From contig NC_090382.1 of assembly GCF_036365525.1 (NCBI RefSeq), positions 27,314,219 to 27,378,218 of the forward strand: a stretch of 64,000 nt of DNA, read 5' to 3'. Positions 1-13,214 of the stretch are shown piece by piece; position 1 is the first letter of the stretch, and the number at the start of each line of letters is the position of its first letter. The stretch is from Heterodontus francisci. Taxonomy: Eukaryota. Below the pieces are notes generated by a model that saw nothing but the letters and a program-made list of their open reading frames with translations, was not told the DNA's origin and made no database searches. Both the position numbers and the translations under genes were made by a program.

Positions 1-3000
1 AGAGGTCATCACATCTCATTGGACAGCTACCACCCGCCTCAAACCAGGCAGGCCCCAGTCAGTAAGGTTCTGTCCCGCCACAGTCCACCTGCTTCAATGG
101 GTGCTTGGAGCTCAGGGTCATTGCCCGACAAGTGGACTGTAAGACCGCACCAAACAGCATGACCAAAAAAGGAAAGAAGGTACCAGCCCTTTGTTTTGCA
201 AGCTGGAACATCAGAACTATGTGTCCTGGCCTGTCGGAAGACCTTACACAAATCAACGATTCTCAGAAGACTGCCATCATTAACAACGAGCTCAGTAGAC
301 TCAATGTGGACATTGCAGCACATCAGGAGACACGCCTCCCTACGAGCGGATCTCTAAGAGAGCAAGACTATACCTTCTTCTGGCAGGGTAGGGATCCTGA
401 AGAACCAAGACAGCATGGAGTGGGCTTCGCCATCAGAAACTCCTTGCTCATCATGATAGAGCCACCCTCAAATGGCTCGGAATGCATACTGTCCATCCAA
501 CTGTTCACCGCCTCTGGTCCAGTACACCTACTCAGCATCTATGCTCCAACACTCTGCTCCCCACCTGAAGTTAAAGACCAGTTCAACGAGGAACTCCATA
601 ACATCATTAGTAGCATCCCCAACACCGAACACCTGTTCCTGCTGGGGGACTTTAACGCCAGGGTTGGGGCCGACCATGACTCATGGCCCTCCTGCCTTGG
701 GCGCTATGGCATTGGTAGGATGAATGAGAATGGACAGAGACTGCTTGAGTTGTGTACCTATCATAACCTCTGCATCACCAACTCATTGTTTCACACTAAA
801 CCCTGTCACCAGATTTCTTGGAGGCACCCAAGATCACGTTGCTGGCACCAGTTGGACCTCATCGTCACAAGGCGAGCCTCTTTAAACAATGTTCAAATCA
901 CACGCAGCTTCCACAGTGCGGACTGCGACACCGACCACTCCCTGGTGTGCAGCAAGGTTAGCCTCAAATCAAAGAAGCTGCATCACTCCAAGCAGAAGGG
1001 CTGCACGCGCATCAACACTAGCAGAATTTCTCATCCACAGCTGTTACATAGGTTTCTAAATCCACTTGAAAAAACCCTTCAAAACACTCCCACAGGGGAT
1101 GCAGAGACCAATTGGGCCCACATCAGAGACACCATCTATGACTCAGCAATGACCAGCTATGGCAAACGTGTGAAGCGGAATGCAGACTGGTTTCAATCTC
1201 ACATTGAAGAGCTGGACCCTGTCATAGCCGCTAAGCGCATTACACTGCTGAACTACAAGAAAGCCCCCAGCGTGTTAACATCCGTAGCACTTAAAGCAGC
1301 CAGAAGCGCTGCACAAAGAACAGCCAGGCACTGCGCAAATGACTACTGGCAACACCTATGCAGTCATATTCAGCTGGCCTCCGACACCAGAAATATCACA
1401 GGAATGTATGATGGCATTCAGAGAGCTTTTGGACCAACCATCAAGAAGATCGCCGCCCCCCCACCGTCAAATCAAAATCAGGGGACACAATCACTGACCA
1501 ACGCAAGCAAATGGACCGCTGGGTGGAACACTACCTCGAACTGTACTCCAGGGAAAATGTTGTCACTGAGACCGCCCTCAATACAGCCCAGTTTTTGCCA
1601 GTCATGGATGAGCTGGACATACAGCCAACAAAATCGGAACTCAGTGATGCTATTCATTCTCTAGCCAGCGGAAAAGTCCCTGGGAAGGACGGCATTACTC
1701 CTGAAATCATCAAGAGTGCCAAGCCTGCTATACTTTCAGCACTGCACGAACTACTTTGCCTGTGCTGGGACGAGGGAGCAGTACCATAGGACATGCGCAA
1801 TGCCAATATCATCACCCTCTATAAGAACGAGGGTGACCGCAGTGAGTGCAACAACTACCGTGGAATCTCCCTGCTCAGCATAGTGGGGGAAGTCTCCGCT
1901 TGAGTCGCTTTAAACAGGCTCCAGAAGCTGGCTGAGCGTGTCTACCCTGAGGCACAGAGTGGCTTTCGAGCAGAGAGATCCACCATTGACATGCTGTTCT
2001 CCCTTCGCCAGCTACCGGAGAAATGCCATGAACAACAGATGCCCCTCTACGTTGCTTTCATTGATCTCACCAAAGCTTCTGGCCTCGTCAGCAGACGTGG
2101 TCTCTTCAGACTAATAGAAAAGATTGGATGCCCACCAAAGCTACAAAGTATCATCACCTCATTCCATGACAATATGAAAGGCACAATTCAGCATAGCGGG
2201 GCCTCATCAGACCACTTTCCTATCCTAGTGGCGTGAAACAGGGCTGTGTTCTCGCACCTACACTGTTTGGGATCTTCTTCTCTCTGCTGCTCTCACATGC
2301 GTTCAAGTCTTCAGAAGAAGGAATTTTCCTCCACACAAGATCAGGTGGCAGGTTGTTCAACCTTGCTCGTCTAAGAGTTAAGACCAAAGTACAGAACCTT
2401 AGTTAGGCCACACTTAGAATATTGCGTGCAATTCTGGTCGCCACACTACCAGAAGGACATGGAGGCTTTGGAGAGGGTACAGAGGAGGTTTACCAGGATG
2501 TTGCCTGGTCTGGAGGGCATTAGCTATGAGGAGAGGTTGGAAAAACTCGGATTGTTTTCACTGGAACGACGAAGGTGGAGGGGCGACATGATAGAGGTTT
2601 ATAAAGTTATGAGTGGCATGGACAGAGTGGATAGCCAGAAGCTTTTTCCCAGGGTGGAAGAGTCAGTTACTAGGGGACATAGGTTTAAGGTGCGAGGGGC
2701 AAAGTTTAGAGGGGATGTGCGAGGCAAGTTTTTACACAGAGGGTGGTGAGTGCCTGGAACTTGCTGCCAGGGGAGGTGGTGGAAACAGATACGATAGCGA
2801 CGTTTAAGAGACATCTTGACAAATATATGAATAGGAAGGGAATAGAGGGATATGGGCCCCGGAAGTGCAGAAGGTGTTAGTTTTGGCAGGCATCAAGATC
2901 GGCGCAGACTTGGAGGGCCAAATGGCCTGTTCCTGTGCTGTACTGTTCTTTGTTCTTTGTACCTAAAGTCCTCATCAGGGAACTCCTCTTTGCTGACGAT

Positions 3001-3972
3001 GCTGCATTAACATCTCACACTGAAGAGTGTCTGCAGAGACTCAGCGATAGGATTGCGGCTGCCCGCACCGAATTTGGCCTAAACATCAGCCTCAAGAAAA
3101 CGAGCATCATGTCACAGGATGTCAGAAATGCCCCATCCATAAATATCAGCGACCACACTCTGGAAGTGGTTCAAGAGTTCACCTACCTAGGCTCAACTAT
3201 CACCAGTAACCTGTCTCTCGATGCAGAATTCAACAAGCGCATGGGAAAGGCTTCCTCTGCTATGTCCAGACTGGCCAAGAGGGTGTGGGAAAATGGCACA
3301 CTGACACAAAACACAAAAGTCCAAGTGTATCAAGCCTGTGTCCTCAGTACCTTGCTCTACGGCAACGAGGCCTGGACAACGTACGTCAGCGACGTCTCAA
3401 TTCATTTCATCTTCGCTGCCTCCAGAGAATCCTTGGCATCAGGTGGCAGGACCGTATCTCCAACACAGAATTCCTCGAGGCGGCCAACATCCCCAACATA
3501 TGCACCCTACTAAGCCAGCGGCGCCTCAGATGGCTTGGCCATGTGAGCCGCATGGAAGATGGCAGGATCCCCAAGGACGCATTGTACAGCGAGTTCGTCA
3601 CTGGTATCAGACCCACCGGCCATCCTTGTCTCTGCTTTAAAGCCGTCTGCAAACGCGACATGAAGTCCTGTGACATTGACCACAAGTCGTGGGAGTCAGT
3701 TGCTAGCGATCGCCAGAGCTGGCGGGCAACCATGAAGGCAGGGCTAAAGCGTGGCGAGTCGAAGAGGCTTAGCAGTTGACAGGAAAAAAGACAGAAGCGC
3801 AAGGAGAGAGCCAACTGTGTAACAGCCCCGACAACCAATTTTATCTGCAGCACCTGTGGAAGAGTCTGTCACTCTATAATTGGCCTTAATAGCCACTCCA
3901 GGCGCTGCTTCACAAACCACTGACCACCTCCAGGCGCTTACCCATTGTCTCTCGAGACAAGGAGGCCAAAGA
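1..3972 (+). mobile_element. RTE-clade (BovB-like) LINE, near full length, frameshifted, in slc34a1 intron 5 in antisense orientation
   Basis: ORF 105-1664 has APE endonuclease motifs (SWNIRT, QETRL, IYAPT, LLGDFNARVG, DTDH). RT pieces follow (AFIDLTKA, LFADDAAL, FTYLGS), then a C-terminal RLRWLGHV and CxxC-H knuckle. It is closely similar to the copy at 45206-46815. Confidence 0.93.
2393..2958 (+). mobile_element. CR1 LINE 3' fragment nested in the RTE element
   Basis: CR1 ORF2 C-terminus (QFWSPHYQKDMEALERVQRRFTRMLPGL...) with a (TGTTCTT)n tail. It interrupts RTE sequence that is contiguous at 45781-45800, and GTAC flanks both sides (2389-2392, 2959-2962). Confidence 0.9.
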
Positions 3973-5785
3973 TAAGGTGAATCCCTATTCACCACTTTCC
4001 GATTATAAGGCAAAGAAACCAGAACAAACAGGTTTTCTGAGGTTTAAAGAAGAAAAGTTGAAATTTATTAAACTTGATCTTAAACTCTATTTCGGTTGAA
4101 GCCAACGGATACACAACGTGCCCACTCTCGCATGCATACACAATACACACATGCAAATAGAGACAGAAAAGAGCAGAAGGAAAATAAAGTGGAAATGTTT
4201 GAGGCACTATCTGAAGAGTTTTTGTTACGATTCTTCATGCTCACTGTGGAGTCCTTGATTATAGGTAGACCTTGCTTTTCGTTGGGGCCCAGCATTCTTC
4301 TCAAACCTTGTTCACTGTGGGAAACTTTTCTTTCTTGGGTTCATGTGTCTTCAGTGGATTCAGAGGCTTGTGAGAAAGAAATGGGAGAAGACAGGAGAGA
4401 CCTTCTCAGTCTAGGAGCAAACAGTCTTGCATACGAACATAAAAACGAATTAGCAGCAGGAGTAGGCCACTCGGCCCTTCGAGCCTGCTCCGCCATTCAG
4501 TAAGTTCATGGCTGAACTGATTACTCCACATTTCCACCTACCTCCGATAACCTTCCACCCCCTTGCTTATCAAGAATCTATCTACCTCTACCTTAAAAAT
4601 ATTCTGCTACCACCCTCCTTTGAGAAAGAAAATTCCAAAACTCACGACCCTATGAGAGAAAAAAATTCTCCTCATCTCTATCTTAAATGGACGCCCCCTT
4701 ATTTTTAAACAGTGACTCCTAGTTCTAGATTCTTCCACAAGGGGAAACATCCTTTCCACATTCACCCTGTCAAGACCCCTCAGGATCTTATATGTTTCAC
4801 TCAAGTTGCCTCTACTCTTTCTAAATTCCAGCGGATACAATCCTAGCCTGTCTAATCAACCCTCCCATTCCAGGTATTTGTCTAGTAAACCTTCTCTGTA
4901 CTACCTCCAATGCATTTACATCCTTCCTAAATAAGGAGACCAGTACTGTACACAGTACTCCAGATGTGGTCTCACCAATGCCCTGTATAGCTGAAGCATA
5001 ACCTCCCTACTTTGTATTCAATTCCCCTTGCGATAAATGATAACATTCTATTAGCTTTCCTAATTACCCACTGTATCTGCATACTAACATTTTGCGATTA
5101 ATGCACTAGGACACCCAGATCCCTCTGAATCTCAGAGCTCTGCAATCTCTCACCATTTAGATAATATGCTTCTTTTTCACACTTTCCCACATTATACTCT
5201 ATTTGCCAGGTCTTTGCCCACTCACTTAATCTATCTAGATCTATTTGTGTCTCTTATGTCCTCTTCACAAGTTACTTTCCTACTCATCTTTGTGTCATCA
5301 GCAAATGTAGCAACCATACCTTCGGTCCCTTCATCCAAGTCATTTATCTAAATTGTAAAAGGTTGAGGCGCCAGCACAGATCCCTGTGGCACACTATTGG
5401 TTACATCTTGCCAACTAGAAAATGCCCCATTTATGCCTGCTCTCTGTTTCCTGTTAGCTCGCCAAGCTTCTATCCAAAAAACCTGGAACTGCCAGTTAAT
5501 CATGTGACCAGCTGGTCTAACCAGTCCTGGATTGTATCACCTTTGCAGTCTCTGGAATGCTCCTCTTACACAAAATACCTCATGATCAAGGTCCATTTTG
5601 GATTGGATGTGTCAGGGAATGGTCCTTTGTCCTTCCAAGCACTGTCTGTTAATATGCAAGTGTCTTTTCCAGCCACGGCTGATCTGTTTAACAAGTCCTT
5701 TACTCACTCCAGCAACAGTTTAAAATCAATGTTCATGACAAAATTAATGTGCCTTATTCTTGGCAGGTGGGGGCCGAGCATGACA
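3973..5785 (-). mobile_element. Solo LTR (Gypsy/ERV-type), interrupted by a CR1 and bounded by the RTE
   Basis: Minus-strand 5' terminus TGTCATG at 5785 and AATAAA on the minus strand near 4064. The termini resemble the other solo LTRs in the window. Confidence 0.55.
4430..5475 (-). mobile_element. CR1 LINE 3' fragment
   Basis: ORF 4607-4840 is a CR1 C-terminus (ETYKILRGLDRV...ESRTRSH), followed by a CR1 3' UTR hairpin and short-repeat tail at 4430-4500. Confidence 0.88.
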
Positions 5786-6729
5786 ATTATCACAGTACAA
5801 TTCTTTTAGCATTGTTTATTTTATTCTTCTTGGGAAACCTAAAGGAAGAGCCAAGACCCACATCACAAGAAACCACCAAGGGCTGGCAAGAGAAAAGCGT
5901 AGATTCAACAATCCCACTCTGCAGCGCTGGTTGTCTGACCTGATCTCGCTCTCTCTCTTTCTTTCTCTCTCTCTTCAAACACAGCCCCCTCACTGGGAAC
6001 TTGGGTTCGGTGAGGATGAAGTAATCCTGGAAGTCCTGGTGAGGTGACAGCAGGTTTGGGTTTTAACAGCCTGTAGATTGTAGGAGGAAGGGAAGAATGA
6101 GTGAGGTAAGGAGCTCCGCAGTACTGAGGTCCAAGGAAAGAAAGGGGTAGAAATTCGTCTTGGGTGCCAGCTAGTTTTATACTTTGTCCGAGTTTCTTAT
6201 CCGTTGAAGTCCAAGACGAATTTATAGCCCAATACATCGGAGCTGATGAGTCACAATTTCAGCAAGATTTCATTGGCATGCTAAGACTAAAGATTCGATA
6301 TTCCTCTACAATATGGGAAGTTTCAAGGACTCATCCAAACTTTTTACTAGAACCCTTGGTTAAAGCTAGGCAAGCAACAGACCTGTGCCTTAGAAATCTT
6401 AGATAGACAAACATGCACAAATTCATATGATAGAAACATTTATATTTTTACAAAGCACCAAGTCAAAACCTGATCATCACGGGGTAATCTGACCAAAGCT
6501 AAGACATGGCAAGATAATTCAAGAAGAACTTAAACATATTTGAGGTCAGCCAGTTGAAAGCAAATCCAACAATAGCCACCAACTTTCATTTATATAGTGC
6601 CTTCAACGTGAAAAATTTGCTTCACAGAGGCAATATACACTCCACCGGAAAACCACACGATCTCCTGGGAGAGACGAGAAAGTAGATAAAAACCCAGGCC
6701 AATACAGGGGGGAGAAAATTGGAAAAATT

Positions 6730-7430
6730 GACAGCAAGACAAAGAAGTAGATAGTAGGAAGATTGACCAAAAGCTTGATTGAAGAGATAGGTTTTAAAAA
6801 CGGTCTTAAAGGAGGGGGAGAGAAGTGGAGCGGTGGAAATGTTTAGAAAGGAATTTCTAGAACAGGCGGCCTAGACAGCTGAAGACACAGTCACCAATGA
6901 AGGGAAGGAGGATGTCCAAAACTCAGTCAGAGGAACAGAGAAGTCATGAAGGATGGGATATTGGGGAGAGGGGTAGGGCAGTCGGAGGCTACAGACATGG
7001 AAAGGCAAAAAAAATACCTAAAAGGATTTAAACATAAAGATGAGAGTTTTAAATTGGAAGTGTTAGGTGACCAAACATGGTCTGGAATATGATATGGGCT
7101 GAAGTCTTTTGGATGAGCTGAAATTTACGGAGGGTGGAGAATAGGAGACCAGCGAGGAGACCATTAGAATAGTCAAGTTTGGAGGTAGCAAAAGGAGTTG
7201 ATGGGCTTAAACAGGGGCAGATGTGTATGATGTTATCAAGGTGGAAGTGGACGACCTTTGTGCTTGAGAGGATATGGGGTCCATAGCTCAGCTCAGGATC
7301 GAATAGTTCACCGAGATTGCAAATATTCTGGTTCAGTTGTGGACAATAGTTTAGGGCGGGTGCAGGTGAAATCAGTAACAATGGTATGGAATTTGTAGTG
7401 GAGGCTGAAGACGATGGCTTTAGTCTTCCC
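6730..7430 (-). mobile_element. L2-like LINE 3' fragment, decayed
   Basis: ORF 7049-7381 contains the L2 C-terminal motifs NLG..FDPELS and LDYSNGLLAGL..STLRKFQLIQ. Confidence 0.65.
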
Positions 7431-8065
7431 TAAATATTCCTTGCCTCATTATTTTAATGTAGGCATGAACCGTTTGTTTTAATCAGTTATAGCCTCTGCT
7501 AAAATAGCACACTGAGCAATATCGTCCATGCACTAATATCACCAGCCATCAATTCTAGGCCTGTTTAATCTTCCGGTCCCAATTTCCCACTACCCTTGAT
7601 GTCTTTAAGTTACTGGTTGGAGAAAACATAAGAGCTGACATTTTGTTGTGAATCTCCTCTTCAATAACACCATGAAATTCTGCTCCAGTAGCACCGTGAA
7701 TGGGCAATCAGCAGCTGTGGGCAGCATCCCCAAATCTTGGAATCACCAGATGGGAACTGGGAATGATGAGGGGCAAGCTAAACAAAACTTCTGTTCTCAG
7801 GCCATCATTGGCAAGTAGATTATGGCATAGAAGCAACAAAAGTAAGTTTTAAAATATTTGTATGTGTGCAGATGTCTCTTTTTCTGATGTTCTCCCAATG
7901 GTCATGTCATCAAAATCACCATTTGAAGGCCTAGATACATTATGATTTTCAGTAATGGTTTTCATGGCTGATAATGATTGAATTTGAGCCAAGAGATCAC
8001 TATCTTCCTCGTTCTGCCTTTATTTCTTGTGCTTTCTTGATCTTCCTGTAGACTGGACTGGTTTA

Positions 8066-8230
<165 letters not shown>

Positions 8231-9531
8231 TCATTGGCACAAGCCCAGCAAGATATTAACACACATGTCTGTCGTGTAATGCTGGTTAATTTAAGTTATC
8301 TCTAATGCTTTGTGTGTTACAATGGCCTTATCCACTTTTTGAAAAGAGACGGCTTCAAGATGACCTATCTCAGAGATGTTGGAGTAGAAATTGGGATACA
8401 TTGTGCCCATTTCTGCAGTGTAAGTTGCGACAATGTTGAAAATACTGGCCCCTTTAATTAGCCAGGGCATACTTCAGAGTTAATAGAGAGCAGGTTGCTT
8501 CTGGAGAGGGAGGGGGAGAGGGAGAGGGAGAGGGTATTTGTACTGAACTGTGGATAGAGAATACAATAGTTGTGGATCATAAACTGTCTGCTGCTTCCTG
8601 ATTTTGGTGAATGGATGTTTACCAATTAATCAAGTTGGGCCCAATACTGACAAATTTAGCAGTGGGAGGACCTCTGTTCAATCTCTGTGTGCCTTTGGGC
8701 TGCTGCCAAGATTCATAGGCCCATAATTTAGGCATCTTGGGCAGCTGCCTGAAACAGGAAGGTATTCAATCCCAGAGGGGATTGTTTCTCTGAGGTGGGG
8801 ACAAATGGGGGGAAAGCAGTCATTTTTAAAATCTTTCATTTTCAGCCTGTTAAGGATGCCTGGCTCTTCCAATCAGGGTGACATGGATTTACTCTGATTC
8901 CTCATCAACTCTTTCAGGAGGGGATTCTCTGTGGAGCCTCTATAGATGTCTTTGCCTGTTCCTGGGATTTGATACAGGGCCCATGTCCTCTCCTGGAGAT
9001 AGCCAGGAATCCCATTTGATCACACTTCTGGCATTGGACTAGGGCATGGTCTTTTATCCTTCCAAGCACTGTCTGTTAGTATGCAAGTATCTTTTCCAGT
9101 CACGACTGATCTGTTTAAAAGTTCTTTCCTCGCTCCAGCAGTGTGGCTTCCAGGCCTGGCGGAGGCAGGCTCGCCCCTGACTTTTCAGCCAGTGAGCAGG
9201 GCCACCACCTCAATGTAAAATTCCGGTTAGAATTCCGGATCACCTTTATCCTTTGTATGAAAGAATGCTTGCTAATTTTCCTCCCAAAACGGCCCGCTCT
9301 AATTTTATGATTATGTTCTTCTTTCCTGAATCCCCCATGGAAGAAATAGTTTCTCTGTATCTAAGCTATCAAATCCTTTTAACATTTTATACACATTGCA
9401 TTATTTCCAGCTTCTTTCAGGTACTTTGAAAATGATTGTCAACAATGACCATCTTCACTTTGTCCCCCATAAATTTTAACTGCAGCTGCAAAGAAATTGA
9501 AATGAAGATTTTTGAATGAAACATCTAGTAC

Positions 9532-9660
9532 CTCCAGCAAGTTGAAAGGCTGCACTGAGAACATCGAGAGAGCACACAAACATGTAGAGAAAGCTAAAGA
9601 GGAGCAGCATCTTCATCATCGAGCTCAGAATAGATTTCACTTTCCCTTTTGCATCCAGTT
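9532..9660 (-). CDS. slc34a1: NaPi-IIa exon 4 (129 bp), first transmembrane segment
   Basis: gtttttcag acceptor and gtacta donor, phase 1-1. Translates (E)LDAKGKVKSILSSMMKMLLLFSFLYMFVCSLDVLSAAFQLAG(G), the SLC34 FLYxFVCSLDxLSxAFQL motif, and joins exon 5 in frame. Confidence 0.95.
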
Positions 9661-10491
9661 CTGAAAAACAAACAGACTTCTCAGTTTTTTGTCAGTTGTG
9701 TCAAAAATTTACTTTATTGTTGACTTGACTCAGCAATTCTAAATGTTTGATGTCAGCTCCATGTGTTCATTTGTGCTTATTCAGAATATAATAAAGGACA
9801 CAGCAGCAACTTCATCACCATCAGATAGCTTCATCATTCCGGGTCTGACGCTTCCAGCTGGCGAGTCTATTTACCCACAATGTAGCCATTACCATTTTCA
9901 TTCTGCTATTTCCATACTGGAGCCATGTCTGATTCAATGCTTTGTTTGCTAGAACCTTTGATTTTTAAGTTCTTGCCTAGCTAACCTGTGTTACTGGACT
10001 AGTAATCCAGAGGTTGAGGCTAATAATCTAGAGGACAGGAGCTCAAATACTACCCTGGAAGTTTTGAGACTTTTGAATTCAGTTTATAAAAAAAAAAGAA
10101 TAAAAAGTTAGGATCAGTTGTTGTGGTGAATGTTGTGCCTCTTCATTTTTTGGGTTCAGTGCTAAGGGCTTTCTTATCCATCACTTTTCAAGTGTGCACT
10201 TTAATCTGTCCTTTAGGTTTACAGAATCTGACTGACCCACTGTGTATATCCAGCGTATTCTATGTGCTCTTATTAAGTGACCATTAATTTTGCATCAGAA
10301 CTAATTTTGTGCTGTATGTGCTCACGCACTGGAGCCTCTCCCTTTGGGAGTGCATGATTGCACAAGTGGTCCTATTAGCCAGCACTGATCGACAATTCGT
10401 GGTTGCACGTCCATCAGCAAAATAACTACAAAAAAGAAACAAACTCCAAGTTCAGGAATTATGTTCCCTTGAGTTGAAAGCACTCACTTAC

Positions 10492-10689
10492 CTCTCCATT
10501 GAGGCACATTGGAATTGTCCAGCTTGGAGAATGTCCAGGCCATAGCTGAATGTGTGTCAATCTCAAACTTGTCCATGTTGTCCACCAGGTTGACTGTTGA
10601 GCCTGGGCAGAGGTACCCATGATCCGAGTGTGGAACTCCTCCGACCACAGGGAGAGGGTATGGTTTAGTCCCAGCGACCCCGTTCATAC
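10492..10689 (-). CDS. slc34a1: NaPi-IIa exon 3 (198 bp), cytoplasmic N-terminus
   Basis: ggcag acceptor and strong gtaagt donor, phase 1-1. Open frame (G)MNGVAGTKPYPLPVVGGVPHSDHGYLCPGSTVNLVDNMDKFEIDTHSAMAWTFSKLDNSNVPQWR(E) resembles the tetrapod NaPi-IIa N-terminus (GTxxYxxP, HGxxCPGS) and joins exon 4 in frame. Confidence 0.85.
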
Positions 10690-11019
10690 CTGCCATATTT
10701 GAACGACACAGTGATAATTGTTTCACTTTGTATTAAACCAGTTGCTTCTCCTTCCGGTGTAGTGTAGCACTCGGAGGGCTGCTAGCTCCCAGCCCCTAGA
10801 ATTTCTATTCTTTCATTTAAATAGATTGGAAAATTAGGGACTGCAGACTGACAATTTCCTGAACAGCACCCCCTGAAAGTAACTAGCAGCTTCCAGTTCG
10901 GGAGGTGAAGAGGCGGATATGAGCCCTTATACAAGTAAAGAATGCATAAGAACAAGTTAAAGACTCCTACTAGTGATTCAACAAGCTTTTCAGTGCTTAG
11001 TTGAGCCATAGAGTTAGAT

Positions 11020-11290
11020 CTGCCCTCTCAGGTGGACTTAATAGATCCCCTGGCACTACTTCAAAGAAGGGCAGCGGGTTCTCCCTGATGTCCTGTTAAT
11101 ATTTGTCCCTCAATCAATACCACCAAACAGATTTTCTGTTCTTTATCTTATTGCTGTTTGTGAGAGATTAGCGTGTAGAAATTGGTTGCCTTGTTTCCTA
11201 GATTACTTCACACTTCAAAAGTGCTTCATTGGCTGTAAATTATGTCAGGAAGTCCTGAGGACATGAAAGACGCTATATAAATGTACGTCA
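11020..11290 (+). mobile_element. Deu-SINE (SacSINE1/AmnSINE1-like) partial copy
   Basis: Deu-domain-like core (ctgccctctcaggtgga...gatcccctggcact...ttgctgtttgtg...aaattgg) plus an L2-like tail (gctatataaatg). It is repeated many times in the window. Confidence 0.7.
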
Positions 11291-11554
11291 TTATCTTTTT
11301 CATTTTAGGGAGGGGAAAATTTGCCAGGTTTCCTACTCCTGACCACTATTCCACCTCAACTCAATTCCCATTGACAGTCCTGCCCTGACCTACCTCTTGA
11401 CGGGGACTCAGGCATGAATGAATGAATGTACAGCTGATGAGTGGAGCTGCCACTTCAAAATGACAGCAATTTTTAGATATAAATGAAATTCCCATGCTCG
11501 CCCAATGAACTTAAGTTCTGAGGGACCTCCGTGATCCAATAGTTCATTGTATGG

Positions 11555-12430
11555 TTGATAGTGAGGAAGATAGCTGTAGACTGCAGAAAGATGTCAATGG
11601 ACTGGTCAGATGGGCAGAAAAGTGGCAAATGGAACTCAGTCCAGAGAAGAGTGGGACTAGGTATTTGGAGAGGCCAAACAAGGCAGGGAATACACAATAA
11701 TGGTTAGAATTCTGAGCAGTGTGGAGTAACAGAGGGACTTTGGAGTGCATGTGCTCCGATCCCTGAAGGTAGCAGGACATTTAGTTAAGGCAGTTCGAAA
11801 GCATATGGGATACTTTCCTTTATTAGCTGAGCCATGGAATATAAGAGCTGTGAGGTTATGCTGGAACTGTATAAAACACTAGGTAGGCCACAGCTGAAGA
11901 ATTGTACTGTTCTGGTCACCATATTGCAGGAAGAATGAGATTGCACTAGAAGAACTTCAAAAGAGATTTATCAGGATGTTGCCAGGAATGGAGAACTTTA
12001 GTTATGAGGAAAGATTGGATAGGCTGGGGTTGTTTTCTTTGGAACACAGGAGGTTGAGGAGAGATTTAATTGCAGTGTATAAAATTATGGGGGGCCTAGA
12101 TAGAGTGGTTAGGAAGGACCTATTTCTCTGAGGAAAGAGCTCAATAACCAGGAGGTATAGATTTCAAGTAATTGGTAGAAAGATTAGAGGGGAGCTGAGG
12201 AGAAACTTTTTCACCCAGAGGGTGGTGGGGGCTTGGAACTCACTGCCTAAAAGGGTAGTGGAAACTTTCATCACATTTAAAAAGTATTCGGGTAATCTCT
12301 TGAAGTACCGTAACCTACAGGGCTATGACCCAAGTGCTGGAAAGTTGGATTAGGCTGGATAATTTGTTTTTCATCCAGCAGAGACACAATGGGCTGAATG
12401 GCTTCCTTGGGTGCTATAAATTTCTATGAG
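11555..12430 (+). mobile_element. CR1 LINE 3' fragment, decayed
   Basis: CR1 RT C-terminal region and 3' UTR (tttcacccagagggtggtg...gggctgaatggc). Confidence 0.8.
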
Positions 12431-12885
12431 TTTGCAGGTTAGCAGCTACATGTAAATCCCTGAACCACTGGCCTTGGGACAAGGCTATGTGGCCCAGATC
12501 AGCAAAACAGCAGGTAATAACTGGCTTTCTTTCTCTTTTTCTATCCACTTTGAAGTGGGAGCATGAAGTGTGAAGGACATACACTAAATACAAGACTTTT
12601 ATCATTATATGTAGAGTTGCATAGAATCTACAAGACAGAAACAGGCTATTTGTCCAACCAAAACAATGCCAATGTTTCTACACACAATCTAGTTACCTCT
12701 TCCCACACTGGTCCTGTATCCCTCTATTCCATTCTTATAGAAGCTTAAATTGCTTTGCACCATTGCATAATCTGACACGTCTTATATATACTCATACTTA
12801 GAGTTTCATGTCTTAGATATTGTTTATGAATGTTATAGCAGAAAAGGGTCCTCAATAACTATGAGCACCCACTAGAGGTGAGTAC

Positions 12886-13003
12886 CATTGATAATTGCAC
12901 ACGACAGTCGGGGGGAGTCAGGTGCACCCCCACTTGGAAGGGGGAGAGGACCATGGTGCACCCTCCTGGGACTGGCTGGACTGGCTCCGGGATGTGACGC
13001 CAT
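12886..13003 (-). CDS. slc34a1: NaPi-IIa exon 2, coding part (start codon; exon probably begins at 13015)
   Basis: Acceptor cccttctttactgtgcag at 13016-13017 and an ATG in strong Kozak context (GTGATGG) at 13003. Encodes MASHPGASPASPRRVHHGPLPLPSGGAPDSPRLSCAIIN plus a phase-1 G that matches exon 3. The donor (gtactc) is weak, and the GC-rich block sits in AT-rich surroundings. Confidence 0.65.
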
Positions 13004-13214
13004 CACGCTCCAAGGCTGCACAGTAAAGAAGGGCATGTCATTGTCTGAGAAACATTACTCTCAAGACCTGCCCAATAAAGAAGCAACTGCAATTATACCA
13101 GAAACGTCTCTCCCAGTCCACATTCTGCAAGGAATCAAGTTGCTGGCAGGGTATCCCATAATAATTCTAAAAAAAAGGAAATTTGCAGGAATTCCTCAGC
13201 TGTCGAAGCAAAGT

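Noticed and set aside
3407-3853. Antisense ORFs over LINEs (also 28739-29197, 56912-57322 and similar)
   Set aside because: These are shadow frames of RTE and CR1 coding sequence.
10782-11009. Hydrophobic minus-strand ORF as a possible slc34a1 exon
   Set aside because: No SLC34 similarity, and exons 2-5 already join in frame without it.
13016-13045. Upstream ATGs at 13036 (in frame) and 13041 (uORF ending in a TGATG overlap)
   Set aside because: Both fall upstream of the better acceptor at 13016-13017 and are probably intronic. They matter only if the alternative acceptor near 13045 is used.
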